Part shown: piece by piece, positions 19,654 to 28,616 of the stretch | Numbering within the stretch: position 1 is the first letter of the stretch | Layout: the number at the start of each line of letters is the position of its first letter | DNA from: an uncultured Anaerolinea sp. | GTDB lineage: Bacteria; Chloroflexota; Anaerolineae; Anaerolineales; Anaerolineaceae | Reading direction: 5' to 3' | Length of the DNA stretch: 50,827 nt | NCBI GenBank assembly: GCA_964390015.1 | Contig: CAYMGO010000003.1 | Location: 1 to 50,827, forward strand | The notes under the pieces: generated by a model | Told to the model about the DNA's origin: nothing | The model's database searches: none | The model's input: the letters and a program-made list of their open reading frames with translations, nothing else | Program-made: the position numbers and the translations under genes

Positions 19654-19672
19654 GCATAACACCTGACCTTTT

Positions 19673-19718
19673 AGAAGGGCTTTTCCGGAGATTTCGGAAA
19701 GCCCTTCTTGATTTTTTA
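19673..19718 (+). terminator. Intrinsic terminator after carbamate kinase
   Basis: agaagggcttt(t)ccg gagattt cggaaagcccttct forms a 14-bp stem with one bulge, followed by tgatttttt. Confidence 0.8.
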
Positions 19719-19795
19719 AGGTTAAACCACTAGTTTCAGGGTATCAATAATTCCTGCATCGTGTAAAATGATTAAGTTATTTCATATCACTCGCT

Positions 19796-19821
19796 TGAAA
19801 GGAATGGATTCCATCCTTTCA
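19796..19821 (+). promoter_or_regulatory. 26-nt near-perfect palindrome in the 5' region of the ABC importer operon (operator or RNA hairpin)
   Basis: In TGAAAGGAATGGATTCCATCCTTTCA, the outer arms tgaaagg/cctttca and inner arms atgg/ccat are complementary. It lies about 115 nt upstream of the ATG at 19936. Confidence 0.4.
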
Positions 19822-19935
19822 GGAATTTACGTTTTTTTCACATGAAAGGAGGTGCAGTAAACCAAAGCGCGGTTTCTTGCTTCCAGGAAGTGTCGTTAAA
19901 ATCTGAATTTGTCAAAAGTAACAGGAGGAGACATT

Positions 19936-21234
19936 ATGTTCGCAAAAAGAATCTGGTTGAGTTTTAGCATTCTATTGATCGCGGTAATGGTCCTATCTGC
20001 CTGTGCCACTCCGGTACCGACAGAAGCCCCTGCCGCACCCGAAGCCCCGGCAGCTACCGAAGCCCCAGCCGCTACCGAAGCCCCCGCTGCCACTGAAGCA
20101 CCGGTTGCCACTGAAGCCCCTGCTGAACCGCCGATTGTTGGTCTATTGCTGGTTGGTCCCGCAAATGACGCCGGCTGGAGCCAGGCACATTTTGACAGCA
20201 TGCCCTATGTGCAGGACAAGATCCCAGGCACTGAGTTGCTTTACCTGGAGAACGTGTACACTGGTTCAACCGCACATACACAGACCCCTGCTGAACTCGC
20301 CGCCGATATGGTGACGAAAGGTGCGAAGGTGATCATCTTCAACTCAGATGATCAAAAAGACAACGCCGTTAAGTTCGCCCAGGAAAATCCGGACGTGTTC
20401 GTCATCCACGCTTCTGGTGACACAGCCTGGAAGGAAGGCAAGAACTACGTCGATCTGCCTAACATGAAGAACATCATGGGTGAGATGGAATACGGCAAGA
20501 TGATCGCCGGCTGCGCGGCCGCGTTGACGACTCAGACCGGCAAGATCGGCTTCCTGGGTCCATTGATCAACGACGAGACCCGCCGTTTTGCAGCTGCTGC
20601 CTACCTCGGCGCGAAATACTGCTGGACGGAATACCTGGAGAAAGATCCTGCTGCCCTTGAATTTAAGGTCACATGGATCGGTTTCTGGTTCAACATTCCC
20701 GGCGTGACCCTTGATCCGACGCAGGTCTCGGATGACTTCTACAACACCGGTTACGATGTGGTCATTAGCTCGATCGATACCACCGAAGCGCTTATCGAGG
20801 CCAAGAAGTTCGCCGCCGATGGCAAGCAGGTTTGGGCGGTACCGTATGACTACGCAGGTGCCTGTGCAGGCGCGGACGAAGTCTGCCTTGGTGTGGAATA
20901 CTTCAATTGGGGTCCTTCCTACGTCAAAGCAATCAACTCAGCTATGGACGGTACCTGGGAATCCAGCTTTGAGCTGGTCGGACCGGATTGGGCTGATATC
21001 AATAATCCCGATACCTCGGCAGTTGGTTTCAACAAAGGCGGCGCACTCTCCGCTGATAATTCTGCCAAGATCGACCAGTTCATCACTGAGCTGGGCGGCG
21101 GTTTGAACCTGTGGACTGGTCCGTTGAACCTGCAGGATGGAACTGCTTACCTGGCCGAAGGTGAAAAGGCAACTGTGCAGCAGATCTGGTACCTGCCGCA
21201 GCTGCTGGAAGGAATGGAAGGGCAAAGCGAGTAA
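19936..21234 (+). CDS. BMP-family (Med/PnrA-like) ABC transporter substrate-binding lipoprotein, nucleoside/purine type
   Basis: Signal peptide plus lipobox (MVLSAC), then an EAPAAT linker, then a VGLLLVGPANDAGWSQAH...GKIGFLGP body typical of Bmp proteins. An AGGAGG RBS precedes the ATG at 19936. Confidence 0.8.
   Translation: MFAKRIWLSFSILLIAVMVLSACATPVPTEAPAAPEAPAATEAPAATEAPAATEAPVATEAPAEPPIVGLLLVGPANDAGWSQAHFDSMPYVQDKIPGTELLYLENVYTGSTAHTQTPAELAADMVTKGAKVIIFNSDDQKDNAVKFAQENPDVFVIHASGDTAWKEGKNYVDLPNMKNIMGEMEYGKMIAGCAAALTTQTGKIGFLGPLINDETRRFAAAAYLGAKYCWTEYLEKDPAALEFKVTWIGFWFNIPGVTLDPTQVSDDFYNTGYDVVISSIDTTEALIEAKKFAADGKQVWAVPYDYAGACAGADEVCLGVEYFNWGPSYVKAINSAMDGTWESSFELVGPDWADINNPDTSAVGFNKGGALSADNSAKIDQFITELGGGLNLWTGPLNLQDGTAYLAEGEKATVQQIWYLPQLLEGMEGQSE
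20023..20130 (+). repeat. Six tandem 18-nt units encoding an (E-A-P-A-A-T/P) lipoprotein linker
   Basis: Reads gaagccccNgcNgcNacc x6 (EAPAAP EAPAAT EAPAAT EAPAAT EAPVAT EAPAEP). The units differ mostly at synonymous third positions. Confidence 0.9.
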
Positions 21235-21247
21235 GTAGCACAATTAT

Positions 21248-21280
21248 GTGGGGGAAGGTGAATCCTTCCCCCACGTTTTT
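21248..21280 (+). terminator. Strong stem-loop plus T-run between the binding-protein gene and the ATPase gene (partial terminator/attenuator)
   Basis: Perfect 11-bp stem gtgggggaagg (21248-21258) / ccttcccccac (21264-21274), loop tgaat, then gttttt. Confidence 0.7.
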
Positions 21281-21298
21281 AAATCACGAGGTCCCTGC

Positions 21299-22762
21299 TT
21301 GAAAATTACATTTCAACACGTTCACAAGCGCTTTGGAAAAGTTCACGCGAACAACGACATTAACCTGATCATTCCATCCGGCACGATTCAGGGAATCTTG
21401 GGTGAAAATGGTGCCGGCAAGAGTACCTTGATGAAGATCCTCACCGGGTACTACCAGGCGGATTCCGGGGATATTCTGCTGGATGACAGGGTGGTTAAGA
21501 TTGCTTCTCCTGAGGACGCGGTGCGGCTGGGAATTGGCATGCTGCACCAGGACCCGCTGGATTTTCCGCCGATGAGGGTGATTGACAACTTTCTGTTGGG
21601 CTCCAAAGGTGGGTTGTTCCCAAAAAGAAATGAGGTTGAAAAAGAGATCATCCGCCTGTGCAGAGAATTCGATTTCAGCATCAGCCCTGAAACCTTTGTA
21701 GAAACAATGACAGTGGGTGAACGGCAGCAGCTTGAGATCTTGCGCCTGCTCTGGCTTGGTGTAAGGGTTCTTATTCTCGACGAACCAACCACGGGGATAT
21801 CAGCCAACCAGCGAGAAAAACTGTTCGCCACCCTGGTAAAACTGGCAGCACAGGGTTTGACCGTGATTTTCGTCTCTCATAAACTTGAGGAAGTGGAACA
21901 GCTGTGCAGTCGGGTTGCAGTATTCCGCCAGGGCGAGGTTGTGGGGGAGGTGATGCCGCCTTACGATACGGATCAATTTGTTTACATGATGTTCGGTAAA
22001 TCTGTTGAGGTCGGTGGAAAGAAAACGTTCTGCACTGATAAGCCGTACGTGAAACTGGAAAACATTGGTTTGGAAGATTACCGCCTGCACCTCGGTGACA
22101 TTAACCTTGATATCCTTCAAGGGGAGGTGATTGGATTGGCTGGGATGGAAGGATCCGGGCAGCGTCTATTCCTGCGCATGCTGACCGGACTTTTGCGCCC
22201 GGTAGCTGGAAAGATCAGCCTTGGAACGGAGAATTTTACCGGGAAGACCTACCCCGCTTTTCAGAAAGCCGGTGTTGCTTACCTGCCAGCCGCCAGGCTG
22301 GAAGAGGGTTTGATTCCCGGCATGAGCTTAACCGAGCATTTCATCCTTTCTGAAGAGCACAGCGAGCTTTTCGTGGATCAAAAAAGTGCCATCGATCTTA
22401 CTGAAGAGAGGATCAGGGACTTTTACATCAAGGGCACTCCTTTGAGCATGATCGAGCAGCTTTCAGGTGGAAACCAGCAGCGGGCGCTCTTGGCGCTGCT
22501 GCGCACAAAGTTGAATTTGATCCTGATGGAGCATCCTACGCGCGGACTGGACATCGAATCCGCCATCTGGATTTGGTCAAAAATGAAGGAGCGCTGTAAG
22601 GAATGTGCCAGTGTGGTTTTTACTTCTTCTGATCTGGATGAGATCATCCAATATAGTGACCGAATACTGGTGTTCTTTGGAGGGCTGGTTTCAAAACCAA
22701 TCGACGCGAACACAACAACGGTCGATGAATTAGGGCAGTTGATCGGTGGTAAGGGATGGTAA
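21299..22762 (+). CDS. ABC transporter ATP-binding protein with duplicated ATPase domains (sugar/nucleoside importer type)
   Basis: Has Walker A GENGAGKST, signature-like MTVGERQQLEI and a second LSGGNQQR, with Walker B ILDEPT and ILMEHPT. I place the start at the TTG at 21299, after the hairpin and a GAGG RBS. The GTG at 21248 lies inside the hairpin. Confidence 0.8.
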   Translation: MKITFQHVHKRFGKVHANNDINLIIPSGTIQGILGENGAGKSTLMKILTGYYQADSGDILLDDRVVKIASPEDAVRLGIGMLHQDPLDFPPMRVIDNFLLGSKGGLFPKRNEVEKEIIRLCREFDFSISPETFVETMTVGERQQLEILRLLWLGVRVLILDEPTTGISANQREKLFATLVKLAAQGLTVIFVSHKLEEVEQLCSRVAVFRQGEVVGEVMPPYDTDQFVYMMFGKSVEVGGKKTFCTDKPYVKLENIGLEDYRLHLGDINLDILQGEVIGLAGMEGSGQRLFLRMLTGLLRPVAGKISLGTENFTGKTYPAFQKAGVAYLPAARLEEGLIPGMSLTEHFILSEEHSELFVDQKSAIDLTEERIRDFYIKGTPLSMIEQLSGGNQQRALLALLRTKLNLILMEHPTRGLDIESAIWIWSKMKERCKECASVVFTSSDLDEIIQYSDRILVFFGGLVSKPIDANTTTVDELGQLIGGKGW

Positions 22763-22784
22763 CTTATATTCGAGGAGAATCTGG

Positions 22785-23858
22785 ATGTCAGTAGAACAGG
22801 GATCCAGTCGCGCTTCAGGCTTCAAGAACAAAAACGCCTGGTCCAACTTTGGGATTCGTTTTTCAGCCATTATTTTGGCCTTATTGTTCACCTCGTTGAT
22901 CCTGGTGATCGCCAAAGCCAACCCATTGGAGGCGTACAAGAGTATTCTTCATGGGGCTTTTGGATCCACCATCAAGATCACCTCGGTCATCGCGTCATGG
23001 GTGCCGCTGGTAATTGCCACTTCAGGCCTGTTGTTCACTTTCACTGCCGGATTGTGGAACATCGGGATGGAGGGTCAGATTATCATGGGGTCGGTTTTTG
23101 CGGTTGGCGCGTTCCGCTTCCTGGATGAAACGGCGATCGCCCCTGCGGTTGTGATCCTGGTGGCGTTCCTCGCGGGGGCGTTGGGCGGGATATTCTGGGC
23201 GTTGTTACCGGGCTTTATGAAAATTTATGGCGGGGTGAATGAGATCTTTGGCGGCCTTGGCCTGAATTTTGTAGCCAAAACAGTGTCCATCTGGCTCATT
23301 TTTGGTCCGTGGAAGCGCCCCGGTGTGGCTTCAGGCAGCGGCACAGAATGGATCGATATCAAGTATCGCTTACCATATCTGGAGGGAACGAACCTCAGCC
23401 TCACGATACTGATCATTGCCATTGTTATCGCGGTGATCACAGCGGTCATGCTGAGAGGAACCCACTTTGGATTGAGATTGAAAGCGATCGGGAAGAATGA
23501 TAAAGCCGCTTACATTCTAGGCATCCCTACAACGCGCTATTTCCTTTTCGCTTTCGGCATCTGCGGGTTGTTCGCGGGTATCGCGGGGGCAATACTGGTG
23601 ACCTCAAAACAATACAGCCTTATTCCAGATGCCGGTTTTGGATACGGCTTTCTCGGTTTGCTGGTTGCCATGCTGGTGAATTATCATCCCATCTGGTCTT
23701 CCATCGTGGCAGTATTTTTCGCCGCGCTCAGCATCGGTAATACTGAATTGCAATACATGGGCTTGAACTCCTATTTCGCGGGCGTACTACAAGGATTCCT
23801 TGTGCTGTTTGTGGTACTGGTGGATGGCATCCGAAAACAGTTATTGAGAAAGCGTTAG
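22785..23858 (+). CDS. ABC transporter permease (BPD_transp_2 family)
   Basis: Polytopic, with FTFTAGLWNIGMEGQIIMG typical of ribose/nucleoside-type permeases. A GAGGAG RBS precedes the ATG at 22785. Confidence 0.8.
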   Translation: MSVEQGSSRASGFKNKNAWSNFGIRFSAIILALLFTSLILVIAKANPLEAYKSILHGAFGSTIKITSVIASWVPLVIATSGLLFTFTAGLWNIGMEGQIIMGSVFAVGAFRFLDETAIAPAVVILVAFLAGALGGIFWALLPGFMKIYGGVNEIFGGLGLNFVAKTVSIWLIFGPWKRPGVASGSGTEWIDIKYRLPYLEGTNLSLTILIIAIVIAVITAVMLRGTHFGLRLKAIGKNDKAAYILGIPTTRYFLFAFGICGLFAGIAGAILVTSKQYSLIPDAGFGYGFLGLLVAMLVNYHPIWSSIVAVFFAALSIGNTELQYMGLNSYFAGVLQGFLVLFVVLVDGIRKQLLRKR

Positions 23859-23868
23859 GAGCGACCTG

Positions 23869-24861
23869 ATGGAAATGTCGACACTCACAACACTGGCTGG
23901 AATTGTTGAATTTGCTGTACCAGTGCTTTTTGCCTCGATTGGCGAGAACATCACTGAAAAAGCCGGGCTGATCAATCTTTCGGTGAACGGTACGATCATT
24001 TTATGTGCAATGGGCGGGTTTGTAGTTGCGCTCACCACCAGCAGCATCCTGCTTGGTTTTCTCATGGGCGCTGTGATCGGTGCTGCGGTTGCTGCGGTTG
24101 TGGCTTTTAGCAGCATCACCCTCAAACAATCACAGGTCGCCATTGGTTTTGTGCTCGCGCTGTTGTGTCGGGATCTTGCCTACTTCCTCGGTGCACCTTT
24201 CACCAATAAGCCAGGTGTTTTTCTCTCAAAGGTACCCATTCCGTTGCTGGCAGATATCCCTGTGATTGGCCCAATCTTTTTCAACCATTCACTGGTAGTT
24301 TACGCCTCTTACATCTTCATCATCGTCGCGTATGTTTTTATGTTCAAAACTCGATCCGGCTTGATGCTGCAGGGCATCGGTGAACGGCCTGCGGCTGCTT
24401 TTGCACGCGGTGCGAACGTTAAGGCGTTGCGCTACCTGTATACCATTTTGGGTGGGGCATTGATCGGTCTGGCAGGTCCCATGTATTCACTGGCTGTAAA
24501 GATCGGTTGGGCGGGGCAGCTATCAGGTCTCGATGGCATTGGCTGGATTGCCCTGGCTATCACCATCTTTGGTGGTTGGAACCCACTGCGCGTGGCTTTT
24601 GGTGCTTACCTGTTCGGCGGTCTGCAGCAATTGGGAATCACACTGCAGTCCACAACCGATATTCCCATTCAGATCCTGCAGGCGGCTCCTTTCCCGTTGA
24701 TGATCTTTACACTGCTGCTGGTAAATGTTGGCCGGGCGGAATGGGTGGAAAGGGAACTCGCGGCAATGCCCGAAAAACCGCGCAAGATAATTTCGAAGAT
24801 ACTAAGGGCTTTACGCACTTCACCACCGTCGGCCATGGGTGTACCCTTTGAAAATGAATAG
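23869..24861 (+). CDS. ABC transporter permease (second subunit)
   Basis: Polytopic. ASIGENITEKAGLINLSVNGTIILCAMGGF is typical of the partner permease in BMP-type importers. Confidence 0.8.
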   Translation: MEMSTLTTLAGIVEFAVPVLFASIGENITEKAGLINLSVNGTIILCAMGGFVVALTTSSILLGFLMGAVIGAAVAAVVAFSSITLKQSQVAIGFVLALLCRDLAYFLGAPFTNKPGVFLSKVPIPLLADIPVIGPIFFNHSLVVYASYIFIIVAYVFMFKTRSGLMLQGIGERPAAAFARGANVKALRYLYTILGGALIGLAGPMYSLAVKIGWAGQLSGLDGIGWIALAITIFGGWNPLRVAFGAYLFGGLQQLGITLQSTTDIPIQILQAAPFPLMIFTLLLVNVGRAEWVERELAAMPEKPRKIISKILRALRTSPPSAMGVPFENE

Positions 24862-24870
24862 GCGGACTGC

Positions 24871-26130
24871 ATGAATCAATATCTCGGTTACCGTTGTTCA
24901 CTGTGCAAAGCTGAACTTCCGCCAATGGAGATTGTCTACAACTGCCCGAAATGCGGTGGTAATCTTGATGTGATCCTTGATTTTGAACGCATCAGTCAAA
25001 AATTCCACCCTGAAGACATCCTCTCGAGAGCAGAAAACTCGCTCTGGCGTTATGCGCCTCTGCTGCCGGTAACCGACCCCGGGGGTTTTGCCACACCGAT
25101 TCACGCAGCGGGCTGGACGCCAATCTACCAACCTGAGCGCCTGAGCGTAAAACTTGGGTTGCAGCAATTGTGGGTGAAAGATGAGGGCAGAAACCCGACA
25201 GCATCCTTCAAAGACCGAGCGAGTGCCATTGTTGTTGCCAGGGCAAGGGAGATCAAGGCGGAGATTGTGGTTACCGCGTCCACCGGTAACGCAGGTGCAG
25301 CCCTGGCGGGGATGGCAGCGGCAATAGGACAAAAAGCCGTCATTTTTGCTCCCAAGACAGCTCCTCCTGCGAAGATTGCCCAGCTGCTCATTTACGGCGC
25401 TCATGTAATACTGGTTGACGGGAACTATGATTCTGCGTTTGACCTGACTATCGAAGCTTCACGGGAATTTGGCTGGTATTGCCGTAACACTGGCTACAAT
25501 CCATTCACCGTTGAGGGCAAAAAAACCGGGGCATTTGAAATTTGGGAGCAGGTAATACTGAGCATGAAAAGCAGCGAAAAACCGCTGTGTGTGTTTGTTT
25601 CTGTGGGCGATGGTAACATTATCTCCGGTTTACACAAAGGTTTCAAGGATCTGGAAACACTTGGCTGGATGGACCGCATGCCCAGGTTATTCGGCGTTCA
25701 GTCTGAACTTTCAGCGGCAATTGCCAATGCTTACCAGGCCGGGACCGAACAGATCACGCCGGTGTCGGCGACCACGATTGCGGATTCCATAAGTGTTGAT
25801 CTGCCGCGGGATGGATCACGGGCGGTGCGCGCCGCAATGGAGACGAACGGCGGTTACATCAAAGTGGCCGATAACGAAATCATCAGCGCGATTGCTGAAT
25901 TGGGTGTACATGGAATTTTTGCTGAACCAGCCGGCTCAACTGCTCTGGCAGGCTTAATAAGAGCGCTCAATGAAGGCGTCATTACGCAAGACGACCCGGT
26001 GCTGGTGATCAACACCGGTAACGGACTCAAGGACGTGCGCGCTGCCATGATGGCTGCACCAAACGCGGCTATAATTGAACCTACAATGGCGGCTTTGAAA
26101 CGTCACCTGGAGGATAAAAGGTCAGGATAG
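24871..26130 (+). CDS. Threonine synthase-family PLP enzyme with an N-terminal zinc ribbon
   Basis: Has YRCSLCKAE...YNCPKCGGNLDV (4-Cys ribbon), NPTASFKDRAS (PLP lysine), ASTGNAGAA, and VSVGDGNIISG / NTGNGLKD loops. 419 aa. Confidence 0.7.
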   Translation: MNQYLGYRCSLCKAELPPMEIVYNCPKCGGNLDVILDFERISQKFHPEDILSRAENSLWRYAPLLPVTDPGGFATPIHAAGWTPIYQPERLSVKLGLQQLWVKDEGRNPTASFKDRASAIVVARAREIKAEIVVTASTGNAGAALAGMAAAIGQKAVIFAPKTAPPAKIAQLLIYGAHVILVDGNYDSAFDLTIEASREFGWYCRNTGYNPFTVEGKKTGAFEIWEQVILSMKSSEKPLCVFVSVGDGNIISGLHKGFKDLETLGWMDRMPRLFGVQSELSAAIANAYQAGTEQITPVSATTIADSISVDLPRDGSRAVRAAMETNGGYIKVADNEIISAIAELGVHGIFAEPAGSTALAGLIRALNEGVITQDDPVLVINTGNGLKDVRAAMMAAPNAAIIEPTMAALKRHLEDKRSG

Positions 26131-27078
26131 ATGAAACCTGTTTTTTCGATCATCGCCCCGGTTTACAACGAGATAGATTGTCTGGATACCCTGCTTGTCA
26201 GGGTCACACAAGTGATGGAACAAACTGGAGAGCCCTGGGAACTTATCCTTGTGGATGATGGTTCCACAGATGGGTCCTCAGATAAAATCAGGTGGCTCGC
26301 TGAAAGCGAATCTCGCGTGCGAAAAGTGATCTTCGCCCGCAATTTTGGTCACCAGATAGCTGTAACCGCGGGTTTGGACTACTCCCGCGGGGATGCCGTG
26401 GTCATAATAGACGCTGACCTTCAGGATCCCCCGGAGGTCATTCTGGATTTGATCGCGAAATGGCGCGAGGGTTACGAGGTTGTGTACGCCCAGCGCACTG
26501 AACGCGAGGGTGAAACCTGGTTCAAGCGCATCACCGCGTCGCTGTTCTACCGTACGATCTACCGCATCACGGATGTAAAGATCCCACTTGATACCGGCGA
26601 TTTTCGCTTGCTGGATCGCAAGGTGGTGAACGTGATGAACAGCATGCGCGAACGCCACCGTTTTTTGCGCGGCATGTCAGCCTGGGTGGGTTTCAAGTCT
26701 GTTGGAGTTCCCTACAAACGTGCAGCGCGTTTTGCCGGTTCAACGAAGTACCCTTTCAAGAAGATGCTTAAATTAGCGCTGACGGCGGTGACGAGTTTCT
26801 CGTATGTGCCGCTGCAGATTGCCATGTGGCTGGGGTTCATCTCAGCCGGGGTCAGCATCATTGCCATCCCCTTTGTTATCATTCTCAGGATGGTGGGATC
26901 GCAGTTCTTCTTTGGACAGGCTACAACCCTCATCGCCGTGCTCTTCTTGGGAGGCGTGCAGCTGATATCGCTTGGTATTTTGGGAGAGTATGTTGGTCGT
27001 ATTTACGATGAAGTGAAAGGGCGCCCGCTTTATACAACCAGTGAGACCCCTGATGATGTTGTGACTCAACCCGAATAG
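26131..27078 (+). CDS. Family 2 glycosyltransferase, polyprenyl-phosphate glycosyltransferase type (DPM1/ArnC/GtrB-like) with two C-terminal TM helices
   Basis: Contains FSIIAPVYNE, LILVDDGSTDGS, ARNFGHQIA, VIIDADLQDPPE and DFRLLDR, followed by two hydrophobic segments. The start abuts the preceding stop (TAGATG). Confidence 0.8.
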   Translation: MKPVFSIIAPVYNEIDCLDTLLVRVTQVMEQTGEPWELILVDDGSTDGSSDKIRWLAESESRVRKVIFARNFGHQIAVTAGLDYSRGDAVVIIDADLQDPPEVILDLIAKWREGYEVVYAQRTEREGETWFKRITASLFYRTIYRITDVKIPLDTGDFRLLDRKVVNVMNSMRERHRFLRGMSAWVGFKSVGVPYKRAARFAGSTKYPFKKMLKLALTAVTSFSYVPLQIAMWLGFISAGVSIIAIPFVIILRMVGSQFFFGQATTLIAVLFLGGVQLISLGILGEYVGRIYDEVKGRPLYTTSETPDDVVTQPE

Positions 27079-27091
27079 GAGAAAAACTGTC

Positions 27092-28561
27092 ATGGCTAAG
27101 ATTGATCTGCAAATCTTCGAAGAACGACGACAAAGAGCAGTTGAACGTTCACGCAAACAGAATATTATTTTTCCTACTTTTGCCCAGATGAAAGATCCAA
27201 GTCTCATCCCGCAATGGGTAAAGGAAGAACTTGGTGCCATAGGACTTTGGGATGTTCACCCACGAAATCTGTTCAGAATCACCTGGAAGAACGAGCCTTT
27301 AGCCAAAGGCGGGGGTTATGATGGAGTCAATTATGTGGAGTTTCCCCCGGAATTAACCGGAGTCAAAGCCAGGATCATCGCGTTGGTGGGAAAGTGGTTC
27401 CCAACAGGTGCTCATAAGGTCGGAGCCGCCTATGGCTGCCTGGTTCCGAGATTGGTGACCGGGCAATTTGATCCTACTATGCAAAAAGCAGTTTGGCCAT
27501 CTACCGGCAACTATTGCCGGGGGGGGGCTTATGACTCGGCGTTAATGGCATGTCAGTCGATCGCGATTTTGCCCGAAGGCATGAGCCGCGAGCGTTTTGA
27601 GTGGCTCAGCCGCATCGCCGGTGAAGTGATCGCGACACCGGGAACTGAATCGAACGTTAAGGAAATTTTTGATAAATGCTGGGAACTTCGCCGTTCAGGT
27701 GAAGATTTGATGATTTTCAACCAGTTCGAGGAATTTGGAAACTACTTGTGGCATTACGACATTACCGGCCATGCCATGGAAGAGGTACTCAAGAGGGAGT
27801 TACGATCAGGAGATAAATACCGTGGGGTTGCACTCACAACCGGGTCCGCCGGTACGATTGCCTGTGGTGATTACCTGAAAAAATTATTCCCTGAAAGTAA
27901 GATCATTGCCAGCGAAGCGCTGCAATGTCCCACTTTACTGGAAAATGGTTTTGGAGCGCACCGCATCGAAGGTATTGGGGATAAGCACGTTCCCTGGATC
28001 CACAATGTCAAAAATACTGACCTTGTTGTCGCGATTGATGATAACGCGGTTGTTGATATCATGCGGCTCTTCAATGAACCCGAAGGGAAAAAATACCTCG
28101 CCAAACAAGGTCTTTCTGAAGTAATGGTTTCCAACCTTGACCTGCTGGGCTTCTCAGGAATAGCCAATCTTCTATCTGCAATAAAATTCGCAAAATACTA
28201 CGAACTCGGAGAAGAGGATGTCGTTCTTACTGTTCTCACCGATTCCATGGAGTTATACGAAAGTCGCATCACTGAATTAAGGAAAGAGAAAGGCGAATTC
28301 TCAGAAGTTCAGGCTGCCGCTGCCTTCGCGAGGTACCTGTTTGGAGAAGGAACAGACAACCTGTTGGAAATGTCGTATCAGGAGAAAAGAAGAGTTCACA
28401 ATCTCAAGTACTACACCTGGGTCGAGCAGCAGGGAAAGACTTACCAGGAGATCCAGGAACAGTGGTACGCAGAAAATTACTGGACGGACATTCAAGGACA
28501 GGTGGATGAAATAGACGCTTTGATCACAGATTTTAATGGGCGTGTAGGCTTGCTCAAGTAG
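27092..28561 (+). CDS. Long (489 aa) fold-type II PLP-dependent enzyme of the cysteine synthase/Trp-synthase-beta superfamily; substrate unknown
   Basis: FPTGAHKVGAAYGCL (candidate PLP lysine), WPSTGNYCRGGAYDSA and a TTGSAGT glycine loop are flanked by N- and C-terminal extensions not seen in CysK. An AGGAGA RBS is present. Confidence 0.6.
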   Translation: MAKIDLQIFEERRQRAVERSRKQNIIFPTFAQMKDPSLIPQWVKEELGAIGLWDVHPRNLFRITWKNEPLAKGGGYDGVNYVEFPPELTGVKARIIALVGKWFPTGAHKVGAAYGCLVPRLVTGQFDPTMQKAVWPSTGNYCRGGAYDSALMACQSIAILPEGMSRERFEWLSRIAGEVIATPGTESNVKEIFDKCWELRRSGEDLMIFNQFEEFGNYLWHYDITGHAMEEVLKRELRSGDKYRGVALTTGSAGTIACGDYLKKLFPESKIIASEALQCPTLLENGFGAHRIEGIGDKHVPWIHNVKNTDLVVAIDDNAVVDIMRLFNEPEGKKYLAKQGLSEVMVSNLDLLGFSGIANLLSAIKFAKYYELGEEDVVLTVLTDSMELYESRITELRKEKGEFSEVQAAAAFARYLFGEGTDNLLEMSYQEKRRVHNLKYYTWVEQQGKTYQEIQEQWYAENYWTDIQGQVDEIDALITDFNGRVGLLK

Positions 28562-28567
28562 ATAATC

Positions 28568-28605
28568 TTCATCCTGGAAGGCTCCTCTTCCAGGATGAAA
28601 TATTT
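28568..28605 (+). terminator. Intrinsic terminator closing the importer/PLP operon
   Basis: Perfect 13-bp stem ttcatcctggaag (28568-28580) / cttccaggatgaa (28587-28599), loop gctcct, then atattt. Confidence 0.7.
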
Positions 28606-28616
28606 AAACCACTGGA

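Noticed and set aside
19842-19964. 40-codon ORF starting at an ATG followed directly by AAAGGAGG, upstream of the binding-protein gene
   Set aside because: The AAAGGAGG follows rather than precedes the ATG. The ORF overlaps the real start out of frame, and its basic product (…NRRRHYVRKKNLVEF) looks random. It is kept only as a note within the leader finding.
20023-20130. Regular 18-nt tandem repeat that could be mistaken for a CRISPR-like or VNTR array
   Set aside because: The units are contiguous with no spacers. They lie in frame inside the lipoprotein gene right after the lipobox cysteine and encode an EAPAAT linker. Variation is mainly synonymous, which indicates protein-level selection.
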